64,000 nucleotides of DNA, taken from positions 292,422-356,421 of the forward strand of contig CAXBMO010000005.1 of assembly GCA_963977015.1 (NCBI GenBank), given 5' to 3'. Both the position numbers and the translations under genes were made by a program. The notes below the pieces were generated by a model. That model searched no databases and had not been told where the DNA came from. It saw only the letters and a list, made by a program, of their open reading frames with translations. The DNA comes from an uncultured bacterium (GTDB lineage: Bacteria > Verrucomicrobiota > Verrucomicrobiia > Verrucomicrobiales > DEV007). Below are positions 28,474 through 38,502 of the stretch, piece by piece (position 1 is the stretch's first letter; each line of letters opens with the position of its first letter).

Positions 28474-29621
28474 TCGTCGTCATTGCTGACGATTTGTCTG
28501 GCGCGACAGAGTTGGCCAGCGCGGCAGTGGAAGCGGGATTAACTGCCGAAGTCCAAACCGGAAATTTCGAGAAGGAAACGACGGCTGACCTCGTTGCCAT
28601 CAGCACCGAAAGTCGTCAGCCGACACAACAATTGGCCCAGGTTGAGGCCATTGCCCTCCAAATATCCCTCGCCAAACCCAATTGGATCTACAAGAAAACG
28701 GATTCAGTCCTCCGCGGCCACGTCGCACCAGAGATTGCCACGATTCTGGATGCCTTGGGATACACGAATTCTCTTCTCATCCCGGCAAATCCCAAGAAAG
28801 GCCGAACGATTTCGGACGGGGCGTATTTCATCGCGGGAACGCCGCTCCATTTGACGGCGTTCGCAAACGACCCGGATTTTCCGCGAAACAGCTGCGATGT
28901 GGTTGAACTCGCGCGAGGCGGCGGTCGCGACGATGAAGCGAAGTTTCCCGTCTATTGGCTTGGCAACGCACCCGTGCCGGACGCGAAGGGAATTTTTCTG
29001 CCCGAAATGAAGAATTCGGACGCCATGATGGAACGGGCCAAGCAAGTCGATCGTTCGCAGACCCTGCCCGCCGGCGGCGTGGAATTCTTCGAAGCGCTGC
29101 TTGGAAAGGCCGGAAATCCCCACGCGTTCCCATCATCCCGGCAACACCTGCCAACGCTCTTTGTCTGTGGAAGCGCGGCCGCATGGGAAATGGGACGATC
29201 CGAGCAGTTCGGAACAGAAGGGATCCCGGTTGCCGCAATGCCTCTCAAGTACTTCGAGTCCCCGGACGAAGAATTCGACCTCTGGCTCCAGCGGACCACC
29301 CGGCTGTTGGAGCAATCAATAGTCGCAGCAATCGCAATTGGCGATTTTCGAGGCGACGCCACTCCGGCTCAGCTGCTTGAGCCGCTTTCGCGTCTCACCC
29401 AGGCAATTGTGGAACAAGGCGCCGCGACACGGCTTTTCGTGGAAGGGGGAGCCACCGCAGCAGCCATCATCAACAAACTGGGTTGGTCCAGACTGCAGGT
29501 CAAAACGCCATTGGCCTCGGGAATTGCCGAATTGAGCCCTCTTGAAGGCCCCTCGTGCTCAATCGCGATCAAGCCCGGCAGCTATCCGTGGCCATTTTCA
29601 GAAATCCAGATGGCTCCGTGA
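28470..29621 (+). CDS. Four-carbon acid sugar kinase family (DUF1537)
   Basis: IADDLSGA, YKKTDSVLRG, EGGATA, KPGS; overlaps pdxA stop. Confidence 0.88.
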   Translation: MIVVIADDLSGATELASAAVEAGLTAEVQTGNFEKETTADLVAISTESRQPTQQLAQVEAIALQISLAKPNWIYKKTDSVLRGHVAPEIATILDALGYTNSLLIPANPKKGRTISDGAYFIAGTPLHLTAFANDPDFPRNSCDVVELARGGGRDDEAKFPVYWLGNAPVPDAKGIFLPEMKNSDAMMERAKQVDRSQTLPAGGVEFFEALLGKAGNPHAFPSSRQHLPTLFVCGSAAAWEMGRSEQFGTEGIPVAAMPLKYFESPDEEFDLWLQRTTRLLEQSIVAAIAIGDFRGDATPAQLLEPLSRLTQAIVEQGAATRLFVEGGATAAAIINKLGWSRLQVKTPLASGIAELSPLEGPSCSIAIKPGSYPWPFSEIQMAP

Positions 29622-30256
29622 GCGGGAATAGGGAATCCGGAGGACCAGAGTAGGTAAGTTTCTTAAAAAACGGATCGCAAAGTAAGCTCGCCATCAATCT
29701 CACGATCTAACAGATGCGACCACCCCCATCAAGTGGAACAAATTGACAGCAGGACAGCCGCGCAGATCGAGACGAATTCCATTTTAGTAAATTTTTTCGC
29801 TCGATTGAGTTGCATTTTTGTTGGAATCCTCAACAATCAAATCCTATCACCCCTCCCGAAATTATCAGATTAACCATTAAGTCTTTACTGCGTATTCCTG
29901 AAAATTGTAATTGAACGGCAGATGCCGCACTCATTGATCGACTTTCGATAGACGAGTTCTCCCGCCAGGAGATTGTTAAAACAGCCGCTGGGCAAGAGGT
30001 AATGGAGGCTCACCAAACCTCTTTAGGGCAACCACATTAAGATGAGAAAAATTGGAGACCGACTCCCCCGGCAGCTCATCAACCTTCGACTGCAAAAGTT
30101 CTTGCAAATGAGAGTCATATCCGCTTAATTTCTTGAATACCATAAAAACCATTAAATTCCATTAATTGCAGAGACCTGGTGAGCCCGACCAAATGAACTC
30201 TATCAGCAATTACTAATCACATATTTTCCCCGGAGGATTTACACCACCCAACTGCA

Positions 30257-30817
30257 ATGGCCGACGCACCACCAGAACTCATGACCGTGAAGGAGACCGC
30301 GGAATACCTTAGGATTCCTCTCCCCACTGTTTATTACCTCGTACAACGAGGCCAACTCCCTGCTATCCAAATTGGAGGGCGATGGCGCATTAAGCGAAGC
30401 CTTTTGGATCGCGACATCCTCCGCAAGGAAGAATCCGGCCAGCCTACGGTGTTGGTGGTTGATGATGACCCCGCCCTTCAAACGCTGTTCAAGCAGTTCC
30501 TGAAAAAGGCCGGTTTCGGCAGGATCGTCGTTGGCACTGGTGCTGAAGCCATTTCCTACGCAGAGAAACAGGAATTCGATTTGGTCTTCCTTGACCTCAA
30601 GCTTCCCGATATCCCGGGTGACGAACTTTACGCCAAGCTGAAAAAGATCCACCCGGACCTCCCGATCGTGATCATCACCGGCTACCCGGACAGCGAAACT
30701 CTTACCAAAATCCTTTCAAGTGGTCCAGTAACGGTCATCAAGAAGCCGATCGAATTCGATCAGCTCAATCAGACTGTCCGGCAGCTTGGCCACAAAGGAA
30801 CCGATATGGTTGCTTAG
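30257..30817 (+). CDS. Excisionase-type HTH / response-regulator receiver fusion
   Basis: MTVKETAEYLRI...TVY..G.LPA.QIGGRWRI followed by VLVVDDD, FLDLKLP, IITGY, KKP. Confidence 0.9.
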   Translation: MADAPPELMTVKETAEYLRIPLPTVYYLVQRGQLPAIQIGGRWRIKRSLLDRDILRKEESGQPTVLVVDDDPALQTLFKQFLKKAGFGRIVVGTGAEAISYAEKQEFDLVFLDLKLPDIPGDELYAKLKKIHPDLPIVIITGYPDSETLTKILSSGPVTVIKKPIEFDQLNQTVRQLGHKGTDMVA

Positions 30818-30936
30818 ATCTTTGGAAAGCACGACTGCTCTCCAAACCTGTTTACACCTTCGTTCCAATCAAGAATTGGAGACCTCCGTTCGGAGCAAAC
30901 GAAGGAGGAAATCCCAAAGGCTAGATTGTTTGCATA

Positions 30937-30992
30937 GCCTTAATTTAAGCCATTGAGCTTAAATTAGGCATTTCTTATATAATTATTATAAT
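30937..30992 (+). promoter_or_regulatory. AT-rich regulatory region upstream of the polysaccharide cluster
   Basis: Perfect inverted repeat TAATTTAAGC-N6-GCTTAAATTA (30941-30966); TATAAT at 30978 and 30987. Confidence 0.5.
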
Positions 30993-31036
30993 TTTTAGGC
31001 TAGATTACCCGCTGTAGAAATCAGATTTCTCCATCG

Positions 31037-32428
31037 GTGATCAAAGCAAAGTTATCAGCCCTCCAAAGAGGTCTCTTCTTTTGGCGTCACGACGCCCTTA
31101 GCCAGCGCATTCTGTCTGGCATTTTCACTGTTGGTGCCCTGACGGCCTGCGTGAAGGCCGTCGCATTCGGCAAAGAGCTCATCGTTGCGAGCCGGTTCGG
31201 CACGTCTGACGCGATGGATGCATTCACCAGCGCATTCGTCATCTGGACTTTTGTCGTGACTCTGGTTGCCGGAGCGATGCCCGATGCCGTCGTCCCCATC
31301 TACGCCAAGGCAAAAAAGGAATCGATCAACCGAGCTGAAGATCTCGTGATCTCCTCGATCTGGATCTACCTCGGCCAGATCATTCTTTGCTCATTGCTGG
31401 TCCTTCTTCTCGGGCAGCAAATCATCCCTTTGTTTACCAAAGAATATTCGCCGGAGAAACAGGAGCTCACTCTTCGCCTCTTTCACCACCTCGCTCCGTT
31501 CGCCCTTCTCTGGGGCATGTCTCAATTCTTTGCGGCGCTGCTCCAGGCGAGAAAGCAATTCAAACTCGCTTCGCTCGCCCCGATCACGATCCCAGTCGTC
31601 ACCGTCATCGCCTTGTTCGGCTTTGATCGATACGGCATCATCGCCCTCATCTATGGCATCCTCGCTGGAGCAGCCCTTCATTTGAGTCTCCTCGTTTTTG
31701 GCTATTTCAAAGACTCGTCCGTACTTGCGCTCTTTCGTCCTCGAAAAATGTGGACCCCCGATATCCGCCTCGCCCTGAACACCTCCTGGCCCTATCTACT
31801 TTCAGGCCTCGTGATGGGCAGCGTTGCCTTGGTTGACATCGGGATGGCAGCATGGCTGGAGCCCGGAAGCGTATCAGCCCTGGCCTATGCTGAACGAATT
31901 TGCGCAATCGGCCTGACCCTGGCCGCAACCGCTACCACCGAAGCATTTTTCCCCTATTTGTCTGAACTCGTCGCCTCCGAACAATGGGCCAGACTCCGCA
32001 AAACCGTCATCCAGTTCACCAAACTGATTCTCCTGGTTTCTTTTGGGATCGTCGCGATTCTTTACCTTACTTCTGATTGGCTCGTTGCAACTCTCTTCCA
32101 ACGTCAGGAATTTACACAGCAAGATTCCATTCGCGTCGCGAGCATTCTTCGTTGGCTCAGTTTTCAGGTTCCGTTCTATATCATCGCGGTTCTTTCCGCA
32201 CGCGTGGTCTGCGCGATGCTGGCGTCAAAAATCATCTTTGTGACGTCCTGCATCAATATGGTTTTGAACGTTACCTGTAACTACTACTTCTCCAGACTTC
32301 TTGGCGTTGAAGGAATCGCCCTCTCCACCGCCATCGTCTACGCCATTTCAGCAACGATGCTGTTTTCCTATTTCGTGCTCGCTTCCCGACGTCAGGAGCA
32401 GCCGCCAAAAACTCCCCCTTCCCAATAA
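31037..32428 (+). CDS. MurJ/MviN-like (MOP superfamily) flippase
   Basis: KELIVASRFGTSDAMDAF, GSVSALAYAER, many TMs, first gene of glycan cluster. Confidence 0.85.
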   Translation: MIKAKLSALQRGLFFWRHDALSQRILSGIFTVGALTACVKAVAFGKELIVASRFGTSDAMDAFTSAFVIWTFVVTLVAGAMPDAVVPIYAKAKKESINRAEDLVISSIWIYLGQIILCSLLVLLLGQQIIPLFTKEYSPEKQELTLRLFHHLAPFALLWGMSQFFAALLQARKQFKLASLAPITIPVVTVIALFGFDRYGIIALIYGILAGAALHLSLLVFGYFKDSSVLALFRPRKMWTPDIRLALNTSWPYLLSGLVMGSVALVDIGMAAWLEPGSVSALAYAERICAIGLTLAATATTEAFFPYLSELVASEQWARLRKTVIQFTKLILLVSFGIVAILYLTSDWLVATLFQRQEFTQQDSIRVASILRWLSFQVPFYIIAVLSARVVCAMLASKIIFVTSCINMVLNVTCNYYFSRLLGVEGIALSTAIVYAISATMLFSYFVLASRRQEQPPKTPPSQ

Positions 32429-33834
32429 TGTCCGCACGACTCATCCGAACAACGAGTGATTCTGCGGGAGATATCCCTCTCAATCTCCCCCGCTCCCCAG
32501 ATTCCGCCTCCCAACTTCTCAACTCCATTGCCAGATCCCTTCCTAACAACTGGGTTGTGATGGATCTCTTATCGGCGTTTTTGGTCACAGCCCTTTCGAT
32601 CACCTTTTTGTATCCAAGCAGCCCACAGTTTCTGTCCCCTTTCTGGGTATTGGTAATATCCTCATCTCTGTTTCTGGCCTTTTCTCAGTGCCTTGGTCTT
32701 CATGAAAACGAGGTAATTCGGAATCCCGGAACCTTGCTGCCAAAGTCCTTCTATGCAGCAGCCCTCACGGGGGCCAGCTTGGGCGCGATCTCCGTCATGG
32801 TTTTCTTTCTCAAGATCCCCTTCCTTTTTCTCTCTGGCCAGGTGTTGGCACTTTTTGCCGCCCAAGCTGCCATCAAGACCTTCATATGGCATCACCTCAA
32901 GAAGGCCCCCCCAACCATCCTGATTCTCGGGCCGAATGATTTCTGCAGGCTTGCCAGCCAAAAATTGCAGTCACATTTCCTTCCCTTGCAAATTCGAAGC
33001 CGCCCTCAGGATTTCGATCGATCCAAGCAAAGCAACCTATCCGATTCTGTCGCCCACAAACGAGCAGACGCTGATGAATTAGTGATTCCTGACTCGGACA
33101 TTGCCCACTACGCGCCCCAGCTTTCTCAGGCGATAGAATCAGGGGTTCCGGTCACGAAATATAGCCGGTTTATCGAGAAGAATTTTCGATATATTCCAGT
33201 TCGGGATATTGATATCGATTGGTTTCTATCCAGCAATCCGGGTTACTCCAACCGCAGTTATCTTCACATCAAAAGAGCGCTCGACATTGCCATCGGCCTT
33301 GTCGGAATTACCCTATCCCTCCCCCTGATCACCCTGGCCGGGATTGGGATTTATCTTACGGATGGTGGTGGCATTTTTTACTCTCAAACACGGCTTGGCT
33401 TGAGAAAGAAGCCGTTCAAAATCTACAAACTGCGCACCATGATCCAAAACGCGGAGCGCTCCGGTCCCAAGTGGGCCGCAAAACAAGACTCACGAATTAC
33501 CTTTGTTGGCAAGATCCTTCGCAGGAGCCGAATCGATGAGTTGCCCCAGTTCTGGAATATTCTGAAAGGCGACATGTCCTTCATTGGCCCTCGTCCAGAG
33601 AGACCCGAATTCACCCTCCAACTCGAAGAGACAATTCCTCACTTCAGCAAGCGTCACCTCATCAAGCCAGGCCTGACGGGATGGGCGCAGATCAACTATC
33701 CGTATGGCGCATCGGAAGAGGATGCCTACGAGAAGCTAACCCTTGATCTCTATTACATCAAAAACGCGTCACTTTGGTTGGACCTCAAAATCGCTTTCCG
33801 GACGATTGGCGCAGCAATGCAGGGAGCCAGATAA
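32428..33834 (+). CDS. Priming polyprenyl glycosylphosphotransferase (bacterial sugar transferase)
   Basis: KRALDI, YKLRTM, DSRIT.VG.ILR.SRIDELPQ, GPRPE, KPGLTGWAQ, DLYYI. Confidence 0.93.
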   Translation: MSARLIRTTSDSAGDIPLNLPRSPDSASQLLNSIARSLPNNWVVMDLLSAFLVTALSITFLYPSSPQFLSPFWVLVISSSLFLAFSQCLGLHENEVIRNPGTLLPKSFYAAALTGASLGAISVMVFFLKIPFLFLSGQVLALFAAQAAIKTFIWHHLKKAPPTILILGPNDFCRLASQKLQSHFLPLQIRSRPQDFDRSKQSNLSDSVAHKRADADELVIPDSDIAHYAPQLSQAIESGVPVTKYSRFIEKNFRYIPVRDIDIDWFLSSNPGYSNRSYLHIKRALDIAIGLVGITLSLPLITLAGIGIYLTDGGGIFYSQTRLGLRKKPFKIYKLRTMIQNAERSGPKWAAKQDSRITFVGKILRRSRIDELPQFWNILKGDMSFIGPRPERPEFTLQLEETIPHFSKRHLIKPGLTGWAQINYPYGASEEDAYEKLTLDLYYIKNASLWLDLKIAFRTIGAAMQGAR

Positions 33835-33839
33835 CAGGA

Positions 33840-35120
33840 ATGAAGTTCGGAAGCAAAGGACCAACCGGCCCACAGAGGCACCCCGTTTCGAAGATTCCGA
33901 CTTCGAAGAACTGGGTTATTGTGCTCTGCATCCTCCAAGCATTGCTGGTTGTCCCCTACTGCAGCAATGCCTTGCCATGGGCTTACGGACAAGGCCACTT
34001 CCCGATCCGCCCTGCGCTTTACCTGCTCTTTGTGGGGTCACTCAACTTTCTTTGGGTCATCGGAAAGTCACCCGATTGGACAAAGACATCCTTGTTGGTG
34101 GTCTTGCTATTGGTTCTAAGGGCAGTTGACGCCGCGGTCCTGCAACGATTCACGTATCCGGATGGGCACAGCACAGCGGTATTCGGCCTGTTTGCTGCGG
34201 TTTTCATGGCTGTCATCCTTTTCACATCAGCAGGGGTGATGCACAGAACGTCCTATCTTCCTGCCTTGGTGACATCCGCTTCTACCATCGTCATCTGTGT
34301 GGTTTCGCTGATCGCAGAATGGCTCGGCTTTTTCGACTTTACCATTGTGGACGGCCGATTCTCTGGCTTTGCCGGGGATCCCAACCGTGCCTGCGTGGTC
34401 ATGAACTTGATGCTGGGTATCTTTCTCGTCCTCAACAAGCGTTTCTGGCCAAACATGGGGATGATCGCGCTGACGGCGATTGGCGTTTTCCCGACATTGA
34501 GCAGAGGAGGTCTCATGATCCTGACCCTCATTGCGATTTCCTACATCGTTCTCAATTTTCATCGGCACCCGGGTAAAATTCTTCTGGCGGCAGCGGCTGC
34601 CGTACCCGCGATTCTTATCGGAGTCGGCCTGTTGGCGGCCAAGGGCGCCGCCAACGGAAAGAAGGACAGCAACGTCGAAGAACGAATTGGAGCGATTTTT
34701 GGAGGGGAAGTCTCCGGGCTTCAATCCAATGATCGTATGAAGGATCTCACCGATGGCCTGGAAGCCGTATCCAGCGCTCCCGTTACCGGATTGGGAACGG
34801 GCGCGGGGACCAACCTCTATCAACCTCACAATCAAATCATCAGCCTTTGGATCGATCTAGGGCTGATAGGCCCAGCCATCTACTGCACGATTCTTGCTCT
34901 ACTATGCTGGAAAACCATTTCGTCCCAACTCCGTTCGATCTATCTCACGATCCCTCTCGTTCTCTATTTCCCATTGAGTCAGGCCCTGGTTGAGAATCAT
35001 GCCTATTTCTATGCTTTTGCGATCGCGCTCGTTGTATCTTCACGATCATTTCTAAGTGTAAGATTGGCTCAACCCGCCCAACAAATTTGGCAATCCCGGT
35101 CCCTCTCCAATCGTGTCTAA
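33840..35120 (+). CDS. O-antigen ligase/polymerase (WaaL/Wzy-like)
   Basis: GRFSG..DPN, TLSRGG, PHN..W.DLG.IG; about 10-12 TMs. Confidence 0.8.
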   Translation: MKFGSKGPTGPQRHPVSKIPTSKNWVIVLCILQALLVVPYCSNALPWAYGQGHFPIRPALYLLFVGSLNFLWVIGKSPDWTKTSLLVVLLLVLRAVDAAVLQRFTYPDGHSTAVFGLFAAVFMAVILFTSAGVMHRTSYLPALVTSASTIVICVVSLIAEWLGFFDFTIVDGRFSGFAGDPNRACVVMNLMLGIFLVLNKRFWPNMGMIALTAIGVFPTLSRGGLMILTLIAISYIVLNFHRHPGKILLAAAAAVPAILIGVGLLAAKGAANGKKDSNVEERIGAIFGGEVSGLQSNDRMKDLTDGLEAVSSAPVTGLGTGAGTNLYQPHNQIISLWIDLGLIGPAIYCTILALLCWKTISSQLRSIYLTIPLVLYFPLSQALVENHAYFYAFAIALVVSSRSFLSVRLAQPAQQIWQSRSLSNRV

Positions 35121-36213
35121 ATTTGCTCATATCAGCTATAGCGGAATTGGAGGAATGTCGGAAGCCGTTCTTTCGCTTCTTGATGCCGTGAATTCTTCCA
35201 AGGAACACCATCAAATTGGTTTCTATGGGAAGGACGAGCTTCCTGAACGGTACATCAACAGATGCCGGGAACTTGAGATCAAACACCAGGTCTTCAAGAA
35301 AGCCTCTGGAGTGGGAGCCTCCTCCTGGATGAGCATGCTCGCATGGCTCAGGGACTACCGTCCGGACGTTGTCATCAGTCACATGACACAGCCTCTACCG
35401 GCTCTTCTCGCCTATCGCCTCTTCAACAGAAAGGCAACTCTCGTGATTGTTGAACACCACTCCAATGATCTGAAATCGTTCAAGGATTGGTTTTTGACCC
35501 TGACAAACCACTGGTTCTGCGATCGAACCGTTTACCTGACGGCAGAGTACGAGAACCAGGTGTCGCGCAAACTCGGCCTGCTCTATCGCAAGGCGAAAGT
35601 CTCGGTCATCGGCAATGCGATTAATACGGATCTATTCTCTCCGGCCACCACTACAGACAACGGCAGTTTCACCATCGGAATGCAGGCTCGAATGGTCGAA
35701 GGAAAGGATTTTGAAACACTTTTCAAGGCCTTTGAAATTCTCCGTCATGAATCGCCCGGTCTCAGTCTGGAAATAGCCGGAGACGGCCCCGATCGCCCCA
35801 GACTGGAACGACTCGTGAGCGAACTGGGGATTGAGAAGGATGTTGTTTTTCTCGGAATGATGGAGCAATCCGATCTGGCCGAACGAATGAAATCCTGGCA
35901 CGTTCTGGTTCTCGCAACTTCTGGAGAGACGATGAGCCGAGCCGTGATGGAAGGACAAGCTCTTGGTCTCGTCGTCGTGGCAACTGATGTCGGTGGAACC
36001 AAGGCCACCATCAGGGACAACGTAAACGGAATGTTGGTCCCCCCAAAGGCCCCAAAACAGTTGGCGGAAAAGCTTCTCTTCCTACGCAGGACCCCGGAAC
36101 TCCGCGCCACAATTTCCAGAAATGCCCGTGAAATGGCACTTAGCGAGTTTTCACCCATCTCACGATGGGAACAATTCTCACTATTAATTTCTCAAACTTT
36201 AGCTCGAAAATAA
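35113..36213 (+). CDS. GT4-family glycosyltransferase
   Basis: NAINTD.F, KDFETL, ETMSRAVMEG..G..VVATDVGG. Confidence 0.88.
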   Translation: MSKFAHISYSGIGGMSEAVLSLLDAVNSSKEHHQIGFYGKDELPERYINRCRELEIKHQVFKKASGVGASSWMSMLAWLRDYRPDVVISHMTQPLPALLAYRLFNRKATLVIVEHHSNDLKSFKDWFLTLTNHWFCDRTVYLTAEYENQVSRKLGLLYRKAKVSVIGNAINTDLFSPATTTDNGSFTIGMQARMVEGKDFETLFKAFEILRHESPGLSLEIAGDGPDRPRLERLVSELGIEKDVVFLGMMEQSDLAERMKSWHVLVLATSGETMSRAVMEGQALGLVVVATDVGGTKATIRDNVNGMLVPPKAPKQLAEKLLFLRRTPELRATISRNAREMALSEFSPISRWEQFSLLISQTLARK

Positions 36214-36262
36214 TTAACAAACCTGTAATGTCAACCAAATTTAATTCTTTCACTACCGCAGA

Positions 36263-37339
36263 ATGAACGCCAAACGAAAATTTGTAGACTCAGTGGTGAC
36301 CTGCCTTTCCTGGTCCGGCCTTCCCAGTTTGCTACGCCAATTTCAACATGAGGAATTCTGCATTCTCATGCTTCACGGGATCACGAAATTGAAACCAAGC
36401 GAGCAGTCCGGCATCGGAAACGCAGAGGGAATTCACATGCATGTCAGGGATTTTGAAGCCATCTGCAAGCTGCTATCAGCCCATTATCGCGTCATCTCGC
36501 TGCGTGAAGCCGTGCAAAAACTGGAACGCAAAGAAGCTCTTCCAACCGGATCGGTCGTCCTCACTTTTGATGACGGATATCGATCAAACAAGGAATTGGC
36601 CCTTCCGCTTCTTGAGGAGTATAACCTCCCGGCAACGGTCTTTCTGGCGACGGACTTTGTGGAGAATGGAAGCTGGCAGTGGTGGGATCGTGTGGAATAC
36701 GCACTCGGTCATACCGAGCAGGAGGGCCTGGAACTTTCGATCGGAGGAACACTGGTGGATCAGAAACTCGAAACAAGAGCCATGCGACGGGAGGCGTTTT
36801 TCAGTTTGCTACCGCTGATCAAGGCGCTGCCCCAGGAAGACGTAAACGACGTTGTTGGGCATTTGGAGAAAAGGCTCGGTTGTTCGCTCAATACGGCGGC
36901 CAAAATTCCGGAAATGTATCTTCCGCTCAGCTGGGAAATGGTCCGCGAAATGCAGGCTGGTGGTCTTGTTGAATTCGGCGCTCACACTCATACCCATAAA
37001 ATCCTCGGCCGGTGCAAACTTCCCACCGTGCGTGAAGAACTCGTAACTTCGCGAGATCTTTTGTCGGAGCGAGCAGGTATTGAAGAACCGTTGTTCTCTT
37101 ATCCAAACGGCCACATCGGAGATCACACTCGAGAAACACGGCGCGAAGTCATTGACCTGGGATTCAGTTGCGCACTCACGACCGAGACAGGCTTCAATAA
37201 TATTCATTCCGATGTCTATACACTGAAGCGCTTTAGTACAGGCAACAGCTCCAATTACGTGGACGTCACCGCTTCCGGCACCATGCGAATGCTCATCGCG
37301 ATGAACAATGCAATCCGCGGAAACGAGCGAGTCGCTTAA
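36263..37339 (+). CDS. Polysaccharide deacetylase (NodB/CE4)
   Basis: LTFDDGY, GAHTHTH, FSYPNG. Confidence 0.9.
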   Translation: MNAKRKFVDSVVTCLSWSGLPSLLRQFQHEEFCILMLHGITKLKPSEQSGIGNAEGIHMHVRDFEAICKLLSAHYRVISLREAVQKLERKEALPTGSVVLTFDDGYRSNKELALPLLEEYNLPATVFLATDFVENGSWQWWDRVEYALGHTEQEGLELSIGGTLVDQKLETRAMRREAFFSLLPLIKALPQEDVNDVVGHLEKRLGCSLNTAAKIPEMYLPLSWEMVREMQAGGLVEFGAHTHTHKILGRCKLPTVREELVTSRDLLSERAGIEEPLFSYPNGHIGDHTRETRREVIDLGFSCALTTETGFNNIHSDVYTLKRFSTGNSSNYVDVTASGTMRMLIAMNNAIRGNERVA

Positions 37340-37356
37340 TCCGTCTGCGTTCTGGT

Positions 37357-38499
37357 ATGAAGGTGCTGCATTTTACAACAACGGTCGGAGGTGGTGGTGC
37401 CGAAACAATGCTCTGTAATGTCACAGAGCAACTCTCGAGTTTAGGAGCGGAAAACGTCGTGGTTTCGACGACATCTTCCATCGGCGACAATTCGCTCAAA
37501 GACCGAATCGAAGAAACTTCCGTCTTCTACGATCTGGAGGTAACTTCTCTGCTGTCCGGAAAATTCTGCCGACGATTTCTTGCGATCTTAAAGAAAGAGA
37601 AACCCGACATCGTGCAAACCTGGATGCACACATCAGGGGCCGTGGCCGGCGCGTTAGCCGTTTTGACAGGGATCAGGCATGTTGTCTGGGGAGTTCACTC
37701 CAAGGAGCTCCTTGTTTCCCCCTCGATGTCGAAGTTGAAGCAAGGAGCACTCAAGACCGCGCTACGACTTTCCTCAAAACTGGTTCCTGAGAAAATCATC
37801 TCCTGCTCGATGGAGGGCATTGCGATTCACAACCGTGATTTGGGCTATCCAAATGACAAGATGCTCTGGATCGGAAATGGAATCGATACCAATCGTTTTA
37901 CCCCGGATCATTCGGCGAGAGATTTCTGGCGCAACGAGCTCTCCATTTCTGAGGACGAGAAAGTTTTCGGAATGGTGACGCGAATGAACCCGGTGAAAGA
38001 TGTTCCCACCTTCTTGAGGGCAATTCGCGAATTCCAAACCAATGGAGGCAATGCCCACTTCGTCATCTGCGGCGAGGGATTGGATCAGGCCTATCCCGAA
38101 ATCCACGAATGTGCTGCGGATCTCCCGGACGCCACAAAACTTCATTGGATTGATTTCCAGGAAAAAATTGAGTCGGTTTACCCCCTGTTTGACTGGCTTA
38201 CCCTAACTTCCATATCCGAGGCCTCTCCAATGGCCTTGATCGAAGCAATGGCATGTGGGGTTCCGTGTATATCAACAGACGTCGGAGATGCCAGGTTTAT
38301 CGTTGATGAAGCAGGGTTTGTGATTCCACCAAGCTCTCCAACGATCCTGGCAGAGACGTGGCAGAATGCGATTGCTGTTTCTGAATTGCAATATGCAGGC
38401 TTAAGCGCCAACGCACGGCAACTGAGCGAAGACCGCTTCAAGCTACAAGACTGCGCATCACGATATTTCCAGGTCTATTCTGATCTGTTGGCTGCTTAG
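37357..38499 (+). CDS. GT4-family glycosyltransferase
   Basis: GGAETML, PDIVQTW, NGIDT..F, SEASPMALIEAMACGVP.ISTDVGD. Confidence 0.9.
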   Translation: MKVLHFTTTVGGGGAETMLCNVTEQLSSLGAENVVVSTTSSIGDNSLKDRIEETSVFYDLEVTSLLSGKFCRRFLAILKKEKPDIVQTWMHTSGAVAGALAVLTGIRHVVWGVHSKELLVSPSMSKLKQGALKTALRLSSKLVPEKIISCSMEGIAIHNRDLGYPNDKMLWIGNGIDTNRFTPDHSARDFWRNELSISEDEKVFGMVTRMNPVKDVPTFLRAIREFQTNGGNAHFVICGEGLDQAYPEIHECAADLPDATKLHWIDFQEKIESVYPLFDWLTLTSISEASPMALIEAMACGVPCISTDVGDARFIVDEAGFVIPPSSPTILAETWQNAIAVSELQYAGLSANARQLSEDRFKLQDCASRYFQVYSDLLAA

Positions 38500-38502
38500 A
38501 AA

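Noticed and set aside
29622-30256. Possible riboswitch, sRNA or small gene in the long intergenic region
   Set aside because: No riboswitch consensus recognised and only very short ORFs
30257-30430. Excisionase as a sign of a prophage or ICE
   Set aside because: Fused to a receiver domain; no integrase, att site or phage genes nearby
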